From the NCBI GenBank assembly GCA_964016885.1, contig OZ024755.1:18662001-18726000 (forward strand): a stretch of DNA of 64,000 nt, written 5' to 3'. Below the pieces are notes generated by a model. The model had not been told where the DNA came from, searched no databases, and saw nothing but the letters and a program-made list of their open reading frames with translations. A program made the translations under genes and the position numbers. Origin of the DNA: Eledone cirrhosa. Taxonomy: Eukaryota. Of this stretch, positions 40,735 to 53,290 are shown one piece after another. Position 1 is the stretch's first letter. Each line of letters starts with the position of its first letter.

Positions 40735-41040
40735 TTAATCCCCCAGGAAGAGATGCTGCTTCTCCGAATTGAGAGATCACAGCTCTGATATTACAGACAT
40801 GTGGTTAGAATATTTCAGGAAAAAATCACTGGACAGATTTTACAGGCAAAACCAACTGGCAGAAGACTCGGGGTAGACCTTGAGCAAGATGGCCAGATGA
40901 TATCCATGAGTTCAACTGGTTTCGCTTGGGGATCCAGCTGGATCAATTAGAGACAGTTGCTTCAGACAGTACCCACTGGAAGGAGTGTTTGAGGACTCTT
41001 CCCCCTCAAAACCTTCCAGAAATAAGCAGGCCAAGAAGAA
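40735..41040 (+). mobile_element. Degenerate RTE-clade LINE 3' fragment
   Basis: Homologous to 53830-54060 (CAGATTTTACAGGCAAAACCAACTGGCAG...GGATCCAGCTGGATCA). Confidence 0.7.
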
Positions 41041-43057
41041 ATATCTAGTTGTTTAGCCTAAAGTCAAACCTGATCCAGAATTTCCTATGGTCAAAGATCT
41101 AGCCATCATCATTATCATCTCTTTTCTTCAAATAGTTTATCTAGGAACGCATTATACAAGGAGATGTCTATTGTCTTTAAGTGTGTGTGTGTGTGTGTGT
41201 GTAATTTTAGGGAGCTTTGTCTGCTTTCGCTAGAAGGGCAAGCAACAATGTAAGGACTCCTTTTTTTGTGACTCTACAAACAAAATTTTAATATTTAGAG
41301 ATGTGTGAAGCAATTGAAAGAGAAAACACAAACAATTTAGCAATATTTTCCAACATGAGAGCTTGGTGAACGGGAATACTTGGGAAGGAGGGGATGTACG
41401 TCAAGTAGAACCAGCACAGGGGGAATAGATTGACTCCAGTGTGTTACTGGTACTTTACGGCAGAATCTGAACTCATGCCGCAAAACATGCCTAATGCTTT
41501 ACCGATCAATAATAAGAGAAGTACTTTAGCTTTTAATCTGATGGTCATAGAATTTACTTAGAAACCAGTGAAGATATGCTGCTATCATCCATGAATGTTT
41601 TATGTAAATTAAATATATAATTTTATAACATGGAAGTTTACCTAACTGTTTCCTAAGTACCATTGCTGGAACTGCTTCAAATTTGTGGCCATATGTAGAT
41701 TAAGGACGACTACCGTTATCAAATACATTATGCTAAAACCAGAAAACCGTTGAAGAATTCAGTCAGTGATCAATTATTGAAATATTTATACCTGAAAAGT
41801 CGAGGCATTCAAAGTAGAAAGATTACCAATAAAATGGTTCTGTAAGCAACAACAAAAGACGACGAAACAAAGCAAGTATGTGTTAGTGGATGCAACGTAA
41901 CACAAAAATACAGTTATTCGTGGTTATTCATGCTAGATACTTTAGGTTAGGTGTAAAAAATACCATAACAATTACATCATAAATAGTTCGGATGAGGAGG
42001 GGAATATTATTTGAACCAATATTTTAGATGGAATAAAAACAACTTTGTGAAGAGAAAGCATCAATTGTGTGAAAAGGTTATAACATTTTCAGTGAAGCAA
42101 AACCAAGATATATTTCATGAAGGAAGTATATTTTAGATGTTTTTAAAGTAAACTAACATATTTTTTTCTATGCATCAGATTGGAAGCAGAATATTATCAT
42201 CATCAGTATCATGACAGTATTTATACACTTTCACTTCAATTATTTAGAAACAGAGAAAACACTAAATTCAACAAGGGGGGGGGGGGGGATAACACACAAG
42301 ACACAAGAGGCAACTAGTGAGCTTCTATGTCAGTCATGGGTAAACTGCAGCCCATTTGCTTTTCTGAATAGCATGCCTAATTTCGAAATTAATGAATTTC
42401 TTAGTAGTGTAGCCCGCCATATAATGAGTCACATCCTATGTGGCCTACTGCTCGAAAAAAATATTACCTATGTCTGGTTTACACAGTTGCTCACCCTGCT
42501 AGAAACAGTAGCAAAATCTGTCTTAAACCACACTCCACCATCTTAATAAAGGAGAAAACATTAAATAATGTAATCCCCCCCAAAAAACAAGATGGACATA
42601 GCTGAAATGTCATTGATCCTAAGTCTGCTGAATCAGGGTTAGGAATCAGGAGCTAAACAACAACAACTAGAGTCCAAGGAAATCAATGAAGGTTTGTAAG
42701 AGAAGATATCAACAATGCCAAAAATAGAGTGATTGACAGTAGTAATACAGATGACTGAACATCAAAAGCTATCTGTAGATATCTCAATATTAAACCTGGT
42801 CAACATAGGAAATATTACTTTCACTCAACATGACCCTCATGTTTATGTTGTCAACCTATTAAATTGCACCCAATATATTTCCCTCCAGTCATCTGAACAT
42901 ATTCTAAAACTTCTATACACCTTCAAAAGTCTAATATATGATATTGTTAGCACCCCAAACACTTAAATTGGGTTTATATTTAAATATAACCTAATGTTTG
43001 TTGAGTGAGATGGTTACCAGTCAGAGTTTAGCTTTAAACTATCTCTATTATTGTATT

Positions 43058-43062
<5 letters not shown>

Positions 43063-43116
<54 letters not shown>

Positions 43117-43359
43117 GAAAATGTCTGTCTGTCTGTCTGTATGCAGGTGATGCATTTCTACAGTTTCCATTCGATTTTGTTCAAATTTGATACATAGGTT
43201 ATTTAGCTCCAGGGGCATGTCAACATATATTTTAAATCTTTCTCTCACCTAAAATATCAGAGATCTGGGGCTATTTAAAGACGTCCATGTTGAGGAGAGA
43301 AGGGGCCTTTATTTAAAGAGGCGAAAGGTGTGGCCAGCAATGACAGGCTCTTTTGCTAG
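43063..43359 (+). mobile_element. Probable non-autonomous Helitron
   Basis: Starts in TATATAAA...(TGTC)n and ends in a degenerate GC-rich hairpin GCCAGCAATGACAGGC followed by CTAG|T. No TSD. Confidence 0.5.
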
Positions 43360-43457
43360 TTTATCATAGAATTTACCTTTTATATAATAGAAACGTTTGT
43401 CTGTAAATGAAGCTGCTGCTTTCCACTTTCTTTCACATCCTTCATACTGAAGCCACT

Positions 43458-43685
43458 GATGCCCTTCCTAACACCAACCTCATTTACAGTGAGTGCTGGG
43501 TGCTTTTTTGCTGTGGCACCTCCACGACCACTTTGCAGTGGAATGATATGGACCCCCAGTCCCTATCATCTCATTTCTACAGCTGAGTAAACTGGAGCAA
43601 TGTGAAATAAAGTGTCTTGCCCAAGGAAACAACACATCACCCGTTGCAAGGCCAATGCTCTAACCACTAAGCCACGTGCCTTCAT
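43458..43685 (-). mobile_element. SINE family A (internally deleted)
   Basis: Family match. Confidence 0.8.
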
Positions 43686-43697
43686 CTAAGCCATGTG

Positions 43698-43729
<32 letters not shown>

Positions 43730-44069
43730 AAATATATATGTACATTCATATATATATATATATATATGTATGTGTTAGATTTATCACATTATCAGTAATC
43801 CCACAACAGTTTCTCTCTAATTCATTACAACACCTCCTATTATTATTATTATTTTCCTAAACACACTAAACATGCCATTTTCTTGCTGATGTTGAAAGCT
43901 TCTACTAATGAATATAATAATAGCTTTGTTTATGTAGCTTCTAGATTTTCATTTTATTGTAGCTCCCATATTTTCATTACTTGCCCCTCAAATCAAAAAA
44001 TGAGTTCTTTGTTCTAAGCTAGAAACATTATGAATGAAACAAATGGACTTTTTCTTATTTTTTTCGCTA

Positions 44070-44205
44070 CTGGACGCCATGTTTTGCACCAAAGAGTTAC
44101 GGTCCTTTACGGTTTGAGTTCAAATCCTGCTGAGGTTAACTTTGTCTTTCATCCTTACGGGATCGATAAAATAAAGTACCAGTAATGCACTGGGATAATT
44201 GCTGG
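44070..44205 (+). mobile_element. SINE family B fragment
   Basis: Family match. Confidence 0.8.
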
Positions 44206-44254
44206 TACTTTATTTTATACTGGGATGCAGCAAAGTTCCTGGCTTAAGAGTATT

Positions 44255-44617
44255 GCGAAAGGATAGAACTGTTACCTTTACAGGGGAGGTAGGACTGTGA
44301 AAGGATAGAACTGTTACCTTTACAGGGGAGGTAGGACTGTGAAAGGATAGAACTGTTACCTTTACAGGGGAGGTAGGACCGTGAAAGGATAGAACTGTTA
44401 CCTTTACAGGGGAGGTAGGACCGTGAAAGGATAGAACTGTTACCTTTACAGGGGAGGTAGGACCGTGAAAGGATAGAACTGTTACCTTTACAGGGGAGGT
44501 AGGACCGTGAAAGGATAGAACTGTTACCTTTACAGGGGAGGTAGGACCGTGAAAGGATAGAACTGTTACCTTTACAGGGGAGGTAGGACCGTGAAAGGAT
44601 AGAACTGTTACCTTTAT
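44255..44617. repeat. 42-bp tandem repeat (~8.5 copies) followed by an RTE-type tail (to ~44728)
   Basis: GTGAAAGGATAGAACTGTTACCTTTACAGGGGAGGTAGGACC unit. Gives the 14-aa repeat ORF 44210-44644. Confidence 0.9.
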
Positions 44618-45117
44618 AGTCCTATACGAGCGAGACACGGTCACCCGACCAATCTTGCCTCAAGTGGGACAACTCCCGTTTAACCCATGCTAGCGTGGAA
44701 GATAAACATTAAACGATGATGATGATGAGTATAATCTCTATACATATTTTTACTGTATAGTTTCCCTGCATATTTTCATAGTAATGATTCCATATATATT
44801 TCTGAGTTCTATTGGTAAACATTTCTCTCACAATCTTAATAAGGTGTTCTGGTATAATTGACTTAATCAATGAAAGGAAAGTATAAAAGATAAGAAATAC
44901 ATATATAGTGTATATAATATTCCTGTTGGTGCATAATAGTTGTCTTTCTTATCTCCTCACCGAATCTTTTGTATAACAATCATCATCATCATCATCTTCG
45001 TTTAACATCCATCTTCCACGCTAGCATGGGTTAGTATTTCTTGTAAAATAGTGGCAACAGGAAGACTGGAAATCTTTTATATCAACCAAAGAGACATTAT
45101 TATTATTTTAATGTCCG

Positions 45118-45295
45118 TAGTATCGGTAGAGGGTCGGACGCCATGCTTTCCAGCATAGTTACGTCCCTTTACGATCTGAATTCAAATCCCGCCGAGGTTG
45201 ACTTTACCTTTCATCCTTACGGGGTCGATAAAATAAAGTACCAGTAATGCACTGGGATAATTGCTGGCCTTGTGCCAAAAGTTGAAACAATTATT
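45118..45295 (+). mobile_element. SINE family B
   Basis: Family match. Confidence 0.85.
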
Positions 45296-45843
45296 AATAT
45301 TTTTATTATTATCAGTAATATATTCTACAGAGTTTGATTTGTGCGAGTCTTTCTTGAACCCAAAGTATCTCCATAAGAAAACACAACTAACTACAAAGAT
45401 CATAAAATATAAAACATTTCCCTGTATGACAGGGTTACACACAGACTACAGCCATTAACCAATGGCATAACAAAACACAAAATATTGAGACCACTAAAAA
45501 CCACCTCAACATGCAGACATGAAAGGGTCACACTTTGCTTCTACAACAAACAGCCAATACAGGCTTTGCCAGTACATGATTAATGTGTGTATGTAGGTAT
45601 GTATGTATATAGATACATATGTGTATGTATGTAGGTAGGTATGTATGTATATAGATGCATATATGTATGTATGTAGGTATGTATGTATATAGATGCATAT
45701 ATGTATGTATGTAGGTATGTATGTATATAGATGCATATATGTATGTATGTAGGTATGTATGTATACAGATACATATATGTATGTATGTATGTAGGTATGT
45801 ATGTATATAGATACATATATGTATGTATGTAGGTATGTATGTC

Positions 45844-46780
45844 GGGAGAGATGACCCCTTAGCCTTTGTCAAGGCAGAATTCTAGGAGAAGGAAAACTCT
45901 GATATAACACCTGCAACCCTGATGGTATCCAATGATGTTGACTTGTACTTCTTTTTGGTAAATATCATCTTGGTTAAGAGAGTGGGACTGGCTTTGTGCA
46001 GTGCCTTTGCTCACTATAAAAGCTTCACGGCACAGGCATTGCTTTATATCTGGAGATCTCTCTGCACTTGTCATCACATGGTACCATGAGCCCAGCACTA
46101 TGTGGCAATAATTGTCACAAGTGTAGTGTTTGTACCAGAGTTTTCAAGTCACTGGCTGGACTAAAAAGTCACACTCGTTCAGCGCATCAGTAGGGATTCT
46201 CCTACATGGATATAAAGTAGTGGCCATACTTGAAAACGAGTGGGCAGCCATCATGTACATAGTACAACCAGTACAACCTGTCTCATGGTTGGGTCGTTGG
46301 CGACTAAACTGGCAACGACACCAAGGTTTCTTGGTGAGGAGGGTGACTTTGGACATCCTGCAGGACTAAAAACAAAACCTGTCAAAGGGCAAAGGAGCTC
46401 TTAAGAGTCAATGGCCATCCAAAATCACCGGGAGAGATGACCCCTTAGCCTTTGTCAAGGCAGAATTCTAGAAGGAAAACTCTGATATAACACCTGCAAC
46501 TCTGATGGTATCCAATGATGTTGACTTCTTCTTCTTTTTGGTAAATATCATCTTGGTTAAGAGAGTGGGACTGGCTTTGTGCAGTGCCTTTGCTCACTAT
46601 AAAAGCTTCACGACACAGGCATTGCTTTATATCTGGAGAGCTCTCTGCACTTGTCGTCACATGGTACCATGGGCCCAGCACTATGTCTCAATAATTGTCA
46701 CAAGTGTAGTGTTTGTACCAGAGTTCTCCTACATGGATATAAAGTAGTGGCCGTACTCGAAAACGAGTTGGCAGCCACCA
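45844..46780 (+). mobile_element. Two tandem copies of a non-coding retroelement embedded in an (ATGT)n microsatellite
   Basis: 45844-46253 and 46429-46780 are homologous. The 5' part contains TCTAG(GA)GAAGGAAAACTCTGA, which resembles non-LTR 5'UTRs. The 3' end is a stem-loop GTGGC..ACTCG-AAAA-CGAGT..GCCAC followed by ATGT. A third copy lies inverted at 50757-51065. Confidence 0.65.
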
Positions 46781-46950
46781 TGTATATAGATACATATATG
46801 TATGTATGTAGGTATGTATGTATATAGATACATATATGTATATACATACATATATGTATATATATATATACATATATGTATATATACTTAGGTTAATAGG
46901 AGTTAGGTAATGTTAGGTATTGTATATATATATATATACATATATGTATA

Positions 46951-47027
<77 letters not shown>

Positions 47028-47160
47028 AAATATATATATATATATAAATGTGTGTGTGTATATATATATATATATATACACATACATACATATACACACA
47101 TATATATGTATGTATATATATATATATATATGTATGTATATACATACATACATATACACA

Positions 47161-47210
<50 letters not shown>

Positions 47211-47238
47211 TACATACATATACACACACATATGTATA

Positions 47239-47281
<43 letters not shown>

Positions 47282-47682
47282 TTTATTATATATATATATT
47301 TTGTATATATTTTATCTAATAATTCTAAGGACATGATTTATGATATATATATATATATATATATTTAGACAGATAGATACATATATACCACCTAGACATG
47401 CAAGGGTGACACTTTGTTTCTACAACAAACAGACACAACACAATGGTTGCCACTATATGATTAATCACCATCAAATAGCCAGACACAGCAGAATGTCATC
47501 CTAACAGCACTCATTAACCCCATTCAATCTAGCACTATATTATCAATTGTCTTGTTTTTAACCTGTTAATATCTTGTACCACATGGGGTCCTCCTAACCA
47601 TTAGGTGATCATAAAGGGCAGAGGACTGATAGTATGGGTAGAGCATCAGACAACATGCTTGGCAGGTCCTAAATCAGAAACA

Positions 47683-47891
47683 ATATCTTGTACCACATCT
47701 TGTACAATATCTTGTACCTCTTGTACAATATCTTGTACAATATCTTGTACCTCTTGTACAATATCTTGTACAATATCTTGTACCTCTTGTACAATATCTT
47801 GTACCTCTTGTACAATATCTTGTACCTCTTGTAAAATATCTTGTACCTCTTGTACAATATCTTGTACATCTTGTACAATATCTTGTACCAC
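47683..47891. repeat. Minisatellite of 9/12-bp subunits (TCTTGTACC / ATATCTTGTACA)
   Basis: Directly visible. Confidence 0.9.
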
Positions 47892-48614
47892 ATGAAACCA
47901 CAATTGCAGGACATTCTTGAAAGGTACAAAACAGTGCTATGACTGCATCACATTCAAAATTTTACTGGAAAAATTTCACAATGATCTGTCCAGTAATAAA
48001 GACACTATAGACATTTGAATTAACAAATCTGTTTTGAAATATTTTCTACTAAGTCACTACAGGATGTTAACAGTTAAGACAATAATTTGTAATTAGAGGG
48101 AGACTTTGTTGCTATTTCTAGTAGGTCATATGACAATGTAGAGGCTCTCACAGTTAGCTTTCACTTGTGTATAAATTGCTAACTGTACTTTTGCAGCTGT
48201 GCAATAGTTTTCCACTATAGAGAGTGAAATATTGTCAGACACCTTAATATAGAAATATAATTTATTGATCTGCATTATTAGATAATTTATTAAAAGAAAA
48301 ATTATTCACTTTCCTTTATATATATCCAGCTTGTTAACTATATACTACACATATTTAACCTATTTTATTATCATCAAATTACCATTGGATTGATTAGTTT
48401 AAACATTTATTATTATCATTATTTATATACAAGTCGGCCATTGTGCCCAACAAAGAAATTATTATTTATAAGTATAAAGGATGATATGCTAAAGCATAGG
48501 GATGCTATAAAAATAGCTTATGAAATAGGCGATCAATGGCAACTTCTTTGTCCGTCTTTTAAGGGTCTTTACCTATTTTTATAGCATCTCTGCGCTTCAT
48601 ACATTCATTATCAA

Positions 48615-48968
48615 TGGTTGAGCGCCGGACAACATGCCATGCATCATAGAGTTATAGTCTCAATTCAAATCCCACCAAAGTTAGCTTTGCCTGTCATCCT
48701 TACTTTGGTCGATAAAATAAAGTACCAGACGCACACTGGGGTCAATGTAATTGACTTTCTCCTCCTCTAAAGTTGTTGGCGTTGTGCCTAAATCAGAAAC
48801 CATTATTATTATTATTATTATTATTATTATAAGGGTGGTTACGTCCCATTACGATCTGAGTTCAAATCCCGCCGAGGTTGACTTTGCCTTTCATCCTTAC
48901 GGGGTCGATAAAATAAAGTACCAGTAATGTACTGGGTAATTGCTGGCCTTGTGCCTAAAGTAGAAACA

Positions 48969-49005
<37 letters not shown>
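48615..49005 (+). mobile_element. Two tandem SINE family B copies (old variant plus 5'-truncated young copy)
   Basis: Family match with (ATT)n tails. Confidence 0.8.
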
Positions 49006-49007
<2 letters not shown>

Positions 49008-49449
49008 TCCACATATTGTTTTAGACCTTCATACATTGTTCGAAGATGTGTTATTGAGTGAAGAAGTATCCCTTGTCTTCCCCAGGCCCACAAAAACTGG
49101 GTTATTTTGTAAGCCAGTGGCTACCCTATACAAATATATTCCTTCTAACCTCCAAAAAATTCACCAAATATTTTTGTTTGTTTCGGTTGAGAAATATTGC
49201 CAAGAATTCTTATTTTTCAGCCTATTTTCCTGGTTATTTGTGATGACAAGGATAATGAGGATTGTGATGAGAAAACTATTAATGATGGTGATGACAGTTA
49301 TAATATGAGAAAAATAATGATGATGATGATGATGATGATGATGACAGGTATAATGATGATGGTGATGATAATGACAATGATTATGAAAGTAATGATTGTG
49401 TTGAGAAAGATTTTAATGATGATAATGATGATAATAATGAAGGCATTAA

Positions 49450-49683
49450 CCCTTTAGCATTTACATTACTCTATATTTGCTATTGTATTTTCATGGTAAA
49501 CACTTTATCTCACATAATATTGAATCTATGAGATTTTGATGCTAGTTATTTTGAGAACAATACCTTAACGTCAGTATGAGTGGCTGGTTACAGCCGGTTT
49601 GAACAGAAAGAGGTGAGAGAATTTCGGCTGGACATGGCTGGTTTAAATTTTGGCTGGATATGGCTGGTTTAAATGCTAACGGG
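49450..49683 (-). mobile_element. piggyBac-like MITE
   Basis: TTAA-CCCTTTAGCATTTACA...TTTAAATGCTAACGGG-TTAA; reverse orientation of the 28.3 kb copy. Confidence 0.8.
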
Positions 49684-49917
49684 TTAAATATCTCCATTTG
49701 ACGTCTATTTTCCATGCTTGCATGGATTAGACGGGTTGTCGCGGTCTGGGATTAGACCCATCAGAAGATCACATCTTGATCATACATTTCAATTTTGGGT
49801 TGGTTTCTATGGCTAGATGCTTTTTCTAATGCCAACCACTTTACAGCAAGTACTGGGACCATTTTATCATGCTACAGCATGTACAAGAGGCATTTATATA
49901 TATATATATATTTTTTA

Positions 49918-50017
49918 ATTATGGAAATGATGTTTACAAGACTAGAACTGTTTCATTTCTAAGAAATCATCATTATGAATGCAACAGTTCTAGTCCTGTA
50001 GAAGTCATTTTTATAAT
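49918..50017. repeat. Imperfect palindrome next to (TA)n
   Basis: ATTATGGAAATGATGTTTACAAGACTAGAACTGTT pairs with AACAGTTCTAGTCCTGTAGAAGTCATTTTTATAAT. Confidence 0.75.
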
Positions 50018-50360
50018 AAAATGAATATACCTATACTCTATTAACGAATTGAGTACCTTTTTTAACAACAATTGCACACACACACTCACACACACATATA
50101 TATGACAAGTCTATACCTGACAAACCACCAAAGGGGTCTGGTTGATATAGATTAATTAAAATCCTTGAGAGTGAAGATAACCAAGTAGATAGAGTACTAA
50201 ATAACCAGCCAAAAGATCATATCTTGTTACTAATTCTCCCATTGTTTTAGTGGCAGTAAACTAGATAAATGGCTTGTAACATTGCAGTTCCAAGTTCAAC
50301 TCCTTATATGGACATAACTTTTAAGAAAGGAAATACATTATGTAAAACTGATTTACTTAA

Positions 50361-50579
50361 CCCTTTAGCATTTAAACCGGCCATATCTTGCCAGAATTCT
50401 CTCACCTTTCAGTTCAAACTGGCTGTAACTAGCCACTCATACTTATATTAAGGTATTGTTTTCAAAATAAATAATATCAAAATCTCATAGATTTGATATT
50501 ATGTGAGATAATTATGTAAGGCAAAGCCTTTACCATGAAAATACAATAGTTTATATAGGGTAAAGTAAATGCTAAAGGG
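50361..50579 (+). mobile_element. piggyBac-like MITE
   Basis: TTAA-CCCTTTAGCATTTAAACCGG...AAATGCTAAAGGG-TTAA. Confidence 0.85.
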
Positions 50580-50756
50580 TTAATTGTTACAAGGGCAACA
50601 CAAGTATTACGCAATATCTAAGTTTGTGACAAGGACCATTAATTATTGGGAAGAGGCAAGGGTGGTGCTGGCTACAGTTAATTGAATTGATCCCAGTTTA
50701 GCACTGGTACAAATATCATCAACCTTGGTATAGGTCCTCTGTGATTATACATACAT

Positions 50757-51065
50757 GGTGGCTGCCAATTCGTTTTCGAGTACGGCCACTACTTTATATG
50801 TAGGAGAACCCCTACCGATGCGCTGAACGAGTGTGAATATTTAGTCCAGCCAGCGACTTGAAAACTCTGGTACAAACACTACACTTGTGACAATTATTGA
50901 CACATAGTGCTGGGCCCATGGTACCATGTGATGACAAGTGCAGAGAGATCTCCAGATGTAAAGCAATGCCTGTGCCGTGAGGCTTTTATAGTGAGCAAAG
51001 GCACTGCACAAAGCCAGTCCCACTCTCTTAACCAAGATGATATTTACCAAAAAGAAGAACAAGTC
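50757..51065 (-). mobile_element. Inverted copy of the (ATGT)n-associated element
   Basis: Reverse complement of ~45945-46253 and ~46525-46780. Flanked by (CATA)n on both sides. Confidence 0.7.
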
Positions 51066-51089
51066 ATACATACATACATACATACATAA

Positions 51090-51281
51090 CTTAGGAGGAA
51101 TATGGCTACAGTCTGGCTCGACTACAGGAAAGCTTTCGATTCTGTTCCCCACTCTTGGATGATAGAGGCCCTCCAACTTGCTAAAGTTCCAGACATTATT
51201 ATCAGAGCCATAGAGAAGCTGTCTTCTTCTTGGGCTTCTATCCTAAGGTTAGACAGAGAAGGAGGACTCTATTTTCACTGA
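51090..51281 (+). mobile_element. Non-LTR reverse transcriptase fragment, R4/Dong-like
   Basis: Frame starting at 51090 reads LRRNMATVWLDYRKAFDSVPHSWMIEALQLAKVPDIIIRAIEKLSSSWASIL. WxDYxKAFDSVPHSW is RT motif A of RLE-type (R4/NeSL-like) elements. Confidence 0.75.
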
Positions 51282-51323
51282 TAAAATAAAATACATAAAA
51301 TAAAACATACATACATACATACA

Positions 51324-51360
<37 letters not shown>

Positions 51361-51528
51361 ACAATGAGTTATTTGTTTTGTTTTGTTGAAAATATTAGTA
51401 CCCTTGAAATATGTATAATAAAATAAATATGGTTTTATAAAGATATTTTCCATTTATTAATATTATTGATATTATATATATATATATATACATATATATA
51501 TAATTGATATTATATATATATATAATTG

Positions 51529-51594
<66 letters not shown>

Positions 51595-51753
51595 CATGTA
51601 TATACAAAAATATATATGCATGGTTATGTGTTTAAGGAAATTGTTTTGTAACAATGGGGGGGGGGGTCTGGGTTTAATGTCAGTGTGTGACACCTTGGGT
51701 ATGTGCTTTCTATTGTGGACTTGGTAGGCGGGAAACTACAAAATCCTGTTATA

Positions 51754-51790
<37 letters not shown>

Positions 51791-52169
51791 ACGTTTGTAT
51801 CTGTGTTATGTCCTCTACCTTAACGGTTCGACTATAAATAAAATCTGTAAAAGAAAATTTAAAAAATGGTATGGGAGTCGTTATGTTCGATATGAAGGCG
51901 GTGGCCCAGCAAGGTCGCAGTGACAGAAGCCAGTAAAACTGGTGGTAGTAGTAGTAGTAGTAGTAGTAAGCATGCATACATACATACAAATGTGTGTATA
52001 AATATATATATATATAAAGGAAGAGACATATATCATAAGAGTGGAAGAAGATAAAGAATTATGATATAATATATTAGATGCCAATAGCTGAAGCGAAGTG
52101 TGCTCAATGCTTAGAGATGCAACGTTAAATATATTTTTGCTTATATACATATATATATATGTGTGTATA

Positions 52170-52198
<29 letters not shown>

Positions 52199-52201
<3 letters not shown>

Positions 52202-52317
52202 GGAACGAGTAGGGCCCCGACGGCTGAGCTCAAGCCGTTTCGACGGCTGATTCTGGACTCCAGAATTAGCCGTCGAAACGGCTTGAGCTCAGCCGTCTGG
52301 GTCCTACTCGTTCCTAT
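52199..52317. repeat. GC-rich near-perfect palindrome (59-bp arms) containing a hammerhead 3' half
   Basis: Centre at 52258, 3 mismatches. Each strand reads stem-GAAACGGCTTGAGCTCAGCCGTC. Confidence 0.9.
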
Positions 52318-52457
52318 TACCCACTCTACTACCCTAAGTACTTTGGTGCGTTATGGTCCACCTGGTTCCTTACCACATTTCCTTCGTTATATCTATATAT
52401 ATATATAGATATAGATAGGTAAATATACACGGGTGTGTATGATTGTGTATAGAAGAT

Positions 52458-52674
52458 TATATTAATAAGAGGAATTCCAACTTTGTCTGATTTACTCGTT
52501 TTATTTACAATCCTTTAAAATATATAATGGTATTATAATGAAATAGTATGATAGAATATTAAATTAACACTTAGAATTTAATATTCTATCATACTATTTC
52601 ATTATAATACCATTATATATTTTAAAGGATTGTAAATAAAACGAGTAAATCAGACAAAGTTGGAATTCCTCTTA

Positions 52675-52682
<8 letters not shown>
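52458..52682. repeat. Perfect palindrome, 108-bp arms, 9-nt loop, abutting (TA)n
   Basis: 52458-52565 is the exact reverse complement of 52575-52682. Confidence 0.95.
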
Positions 52683-52739
<57 letters not shown>

Positions 52740-53290
52740 ATGTATGTATGTATATATGTATGCTTGTGTATGTGTGGTCTCTTCTTTTTCTAGAACTTTC
52801 CAAGATTATTTCAATGATATTTTTCCACCTCACAATCTAAAAATATACAGCAATAACTAGATAACTGGATCAACCTGAATAATAAAATACTACACTCTAC
52901 CGTGGTATTGAATACTTCCCAGCACCTAACCCAACCCAACAGTTAAAAACCATAGGCTGTAAATTGAGTGAAAGTACAAAGTAAAAAAAAGTATTAAAAA
53001 TAAATAACTTTGTGAATGCCTAGAAAGTTCTATAAAAAATATTGACAAAGCAGAGTTCAAAAAGTGAGTTTGTGGAATGTTCTGTTTAGTTTCTTTTTAT
53101 CTTTTAGTTCGTTTTGATCTCTGTAGAGCACTAGGTTACTGTTGTATACCCCACTAGTGGTAGGGCCTCAAAGTAAACCCTATGTCTATCAGGACTTACT
53201 TTATAGACATCAAAGTATAATATAGAATTTAAACAATGAATCTGACTCTTATGCATCATTGTTAGTTACTTTGAATAATATATACATATA

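Noticed and set aside
50757-50835. HDV-like ribozyme (GGTGGCT/GGCCACT as P1 with a G-U first pair)
   Set aside because: P3/L3 spacing and the P1.1 G residues do not fit. It is better explained as a simple 3'-terminal stem-loop of the element.
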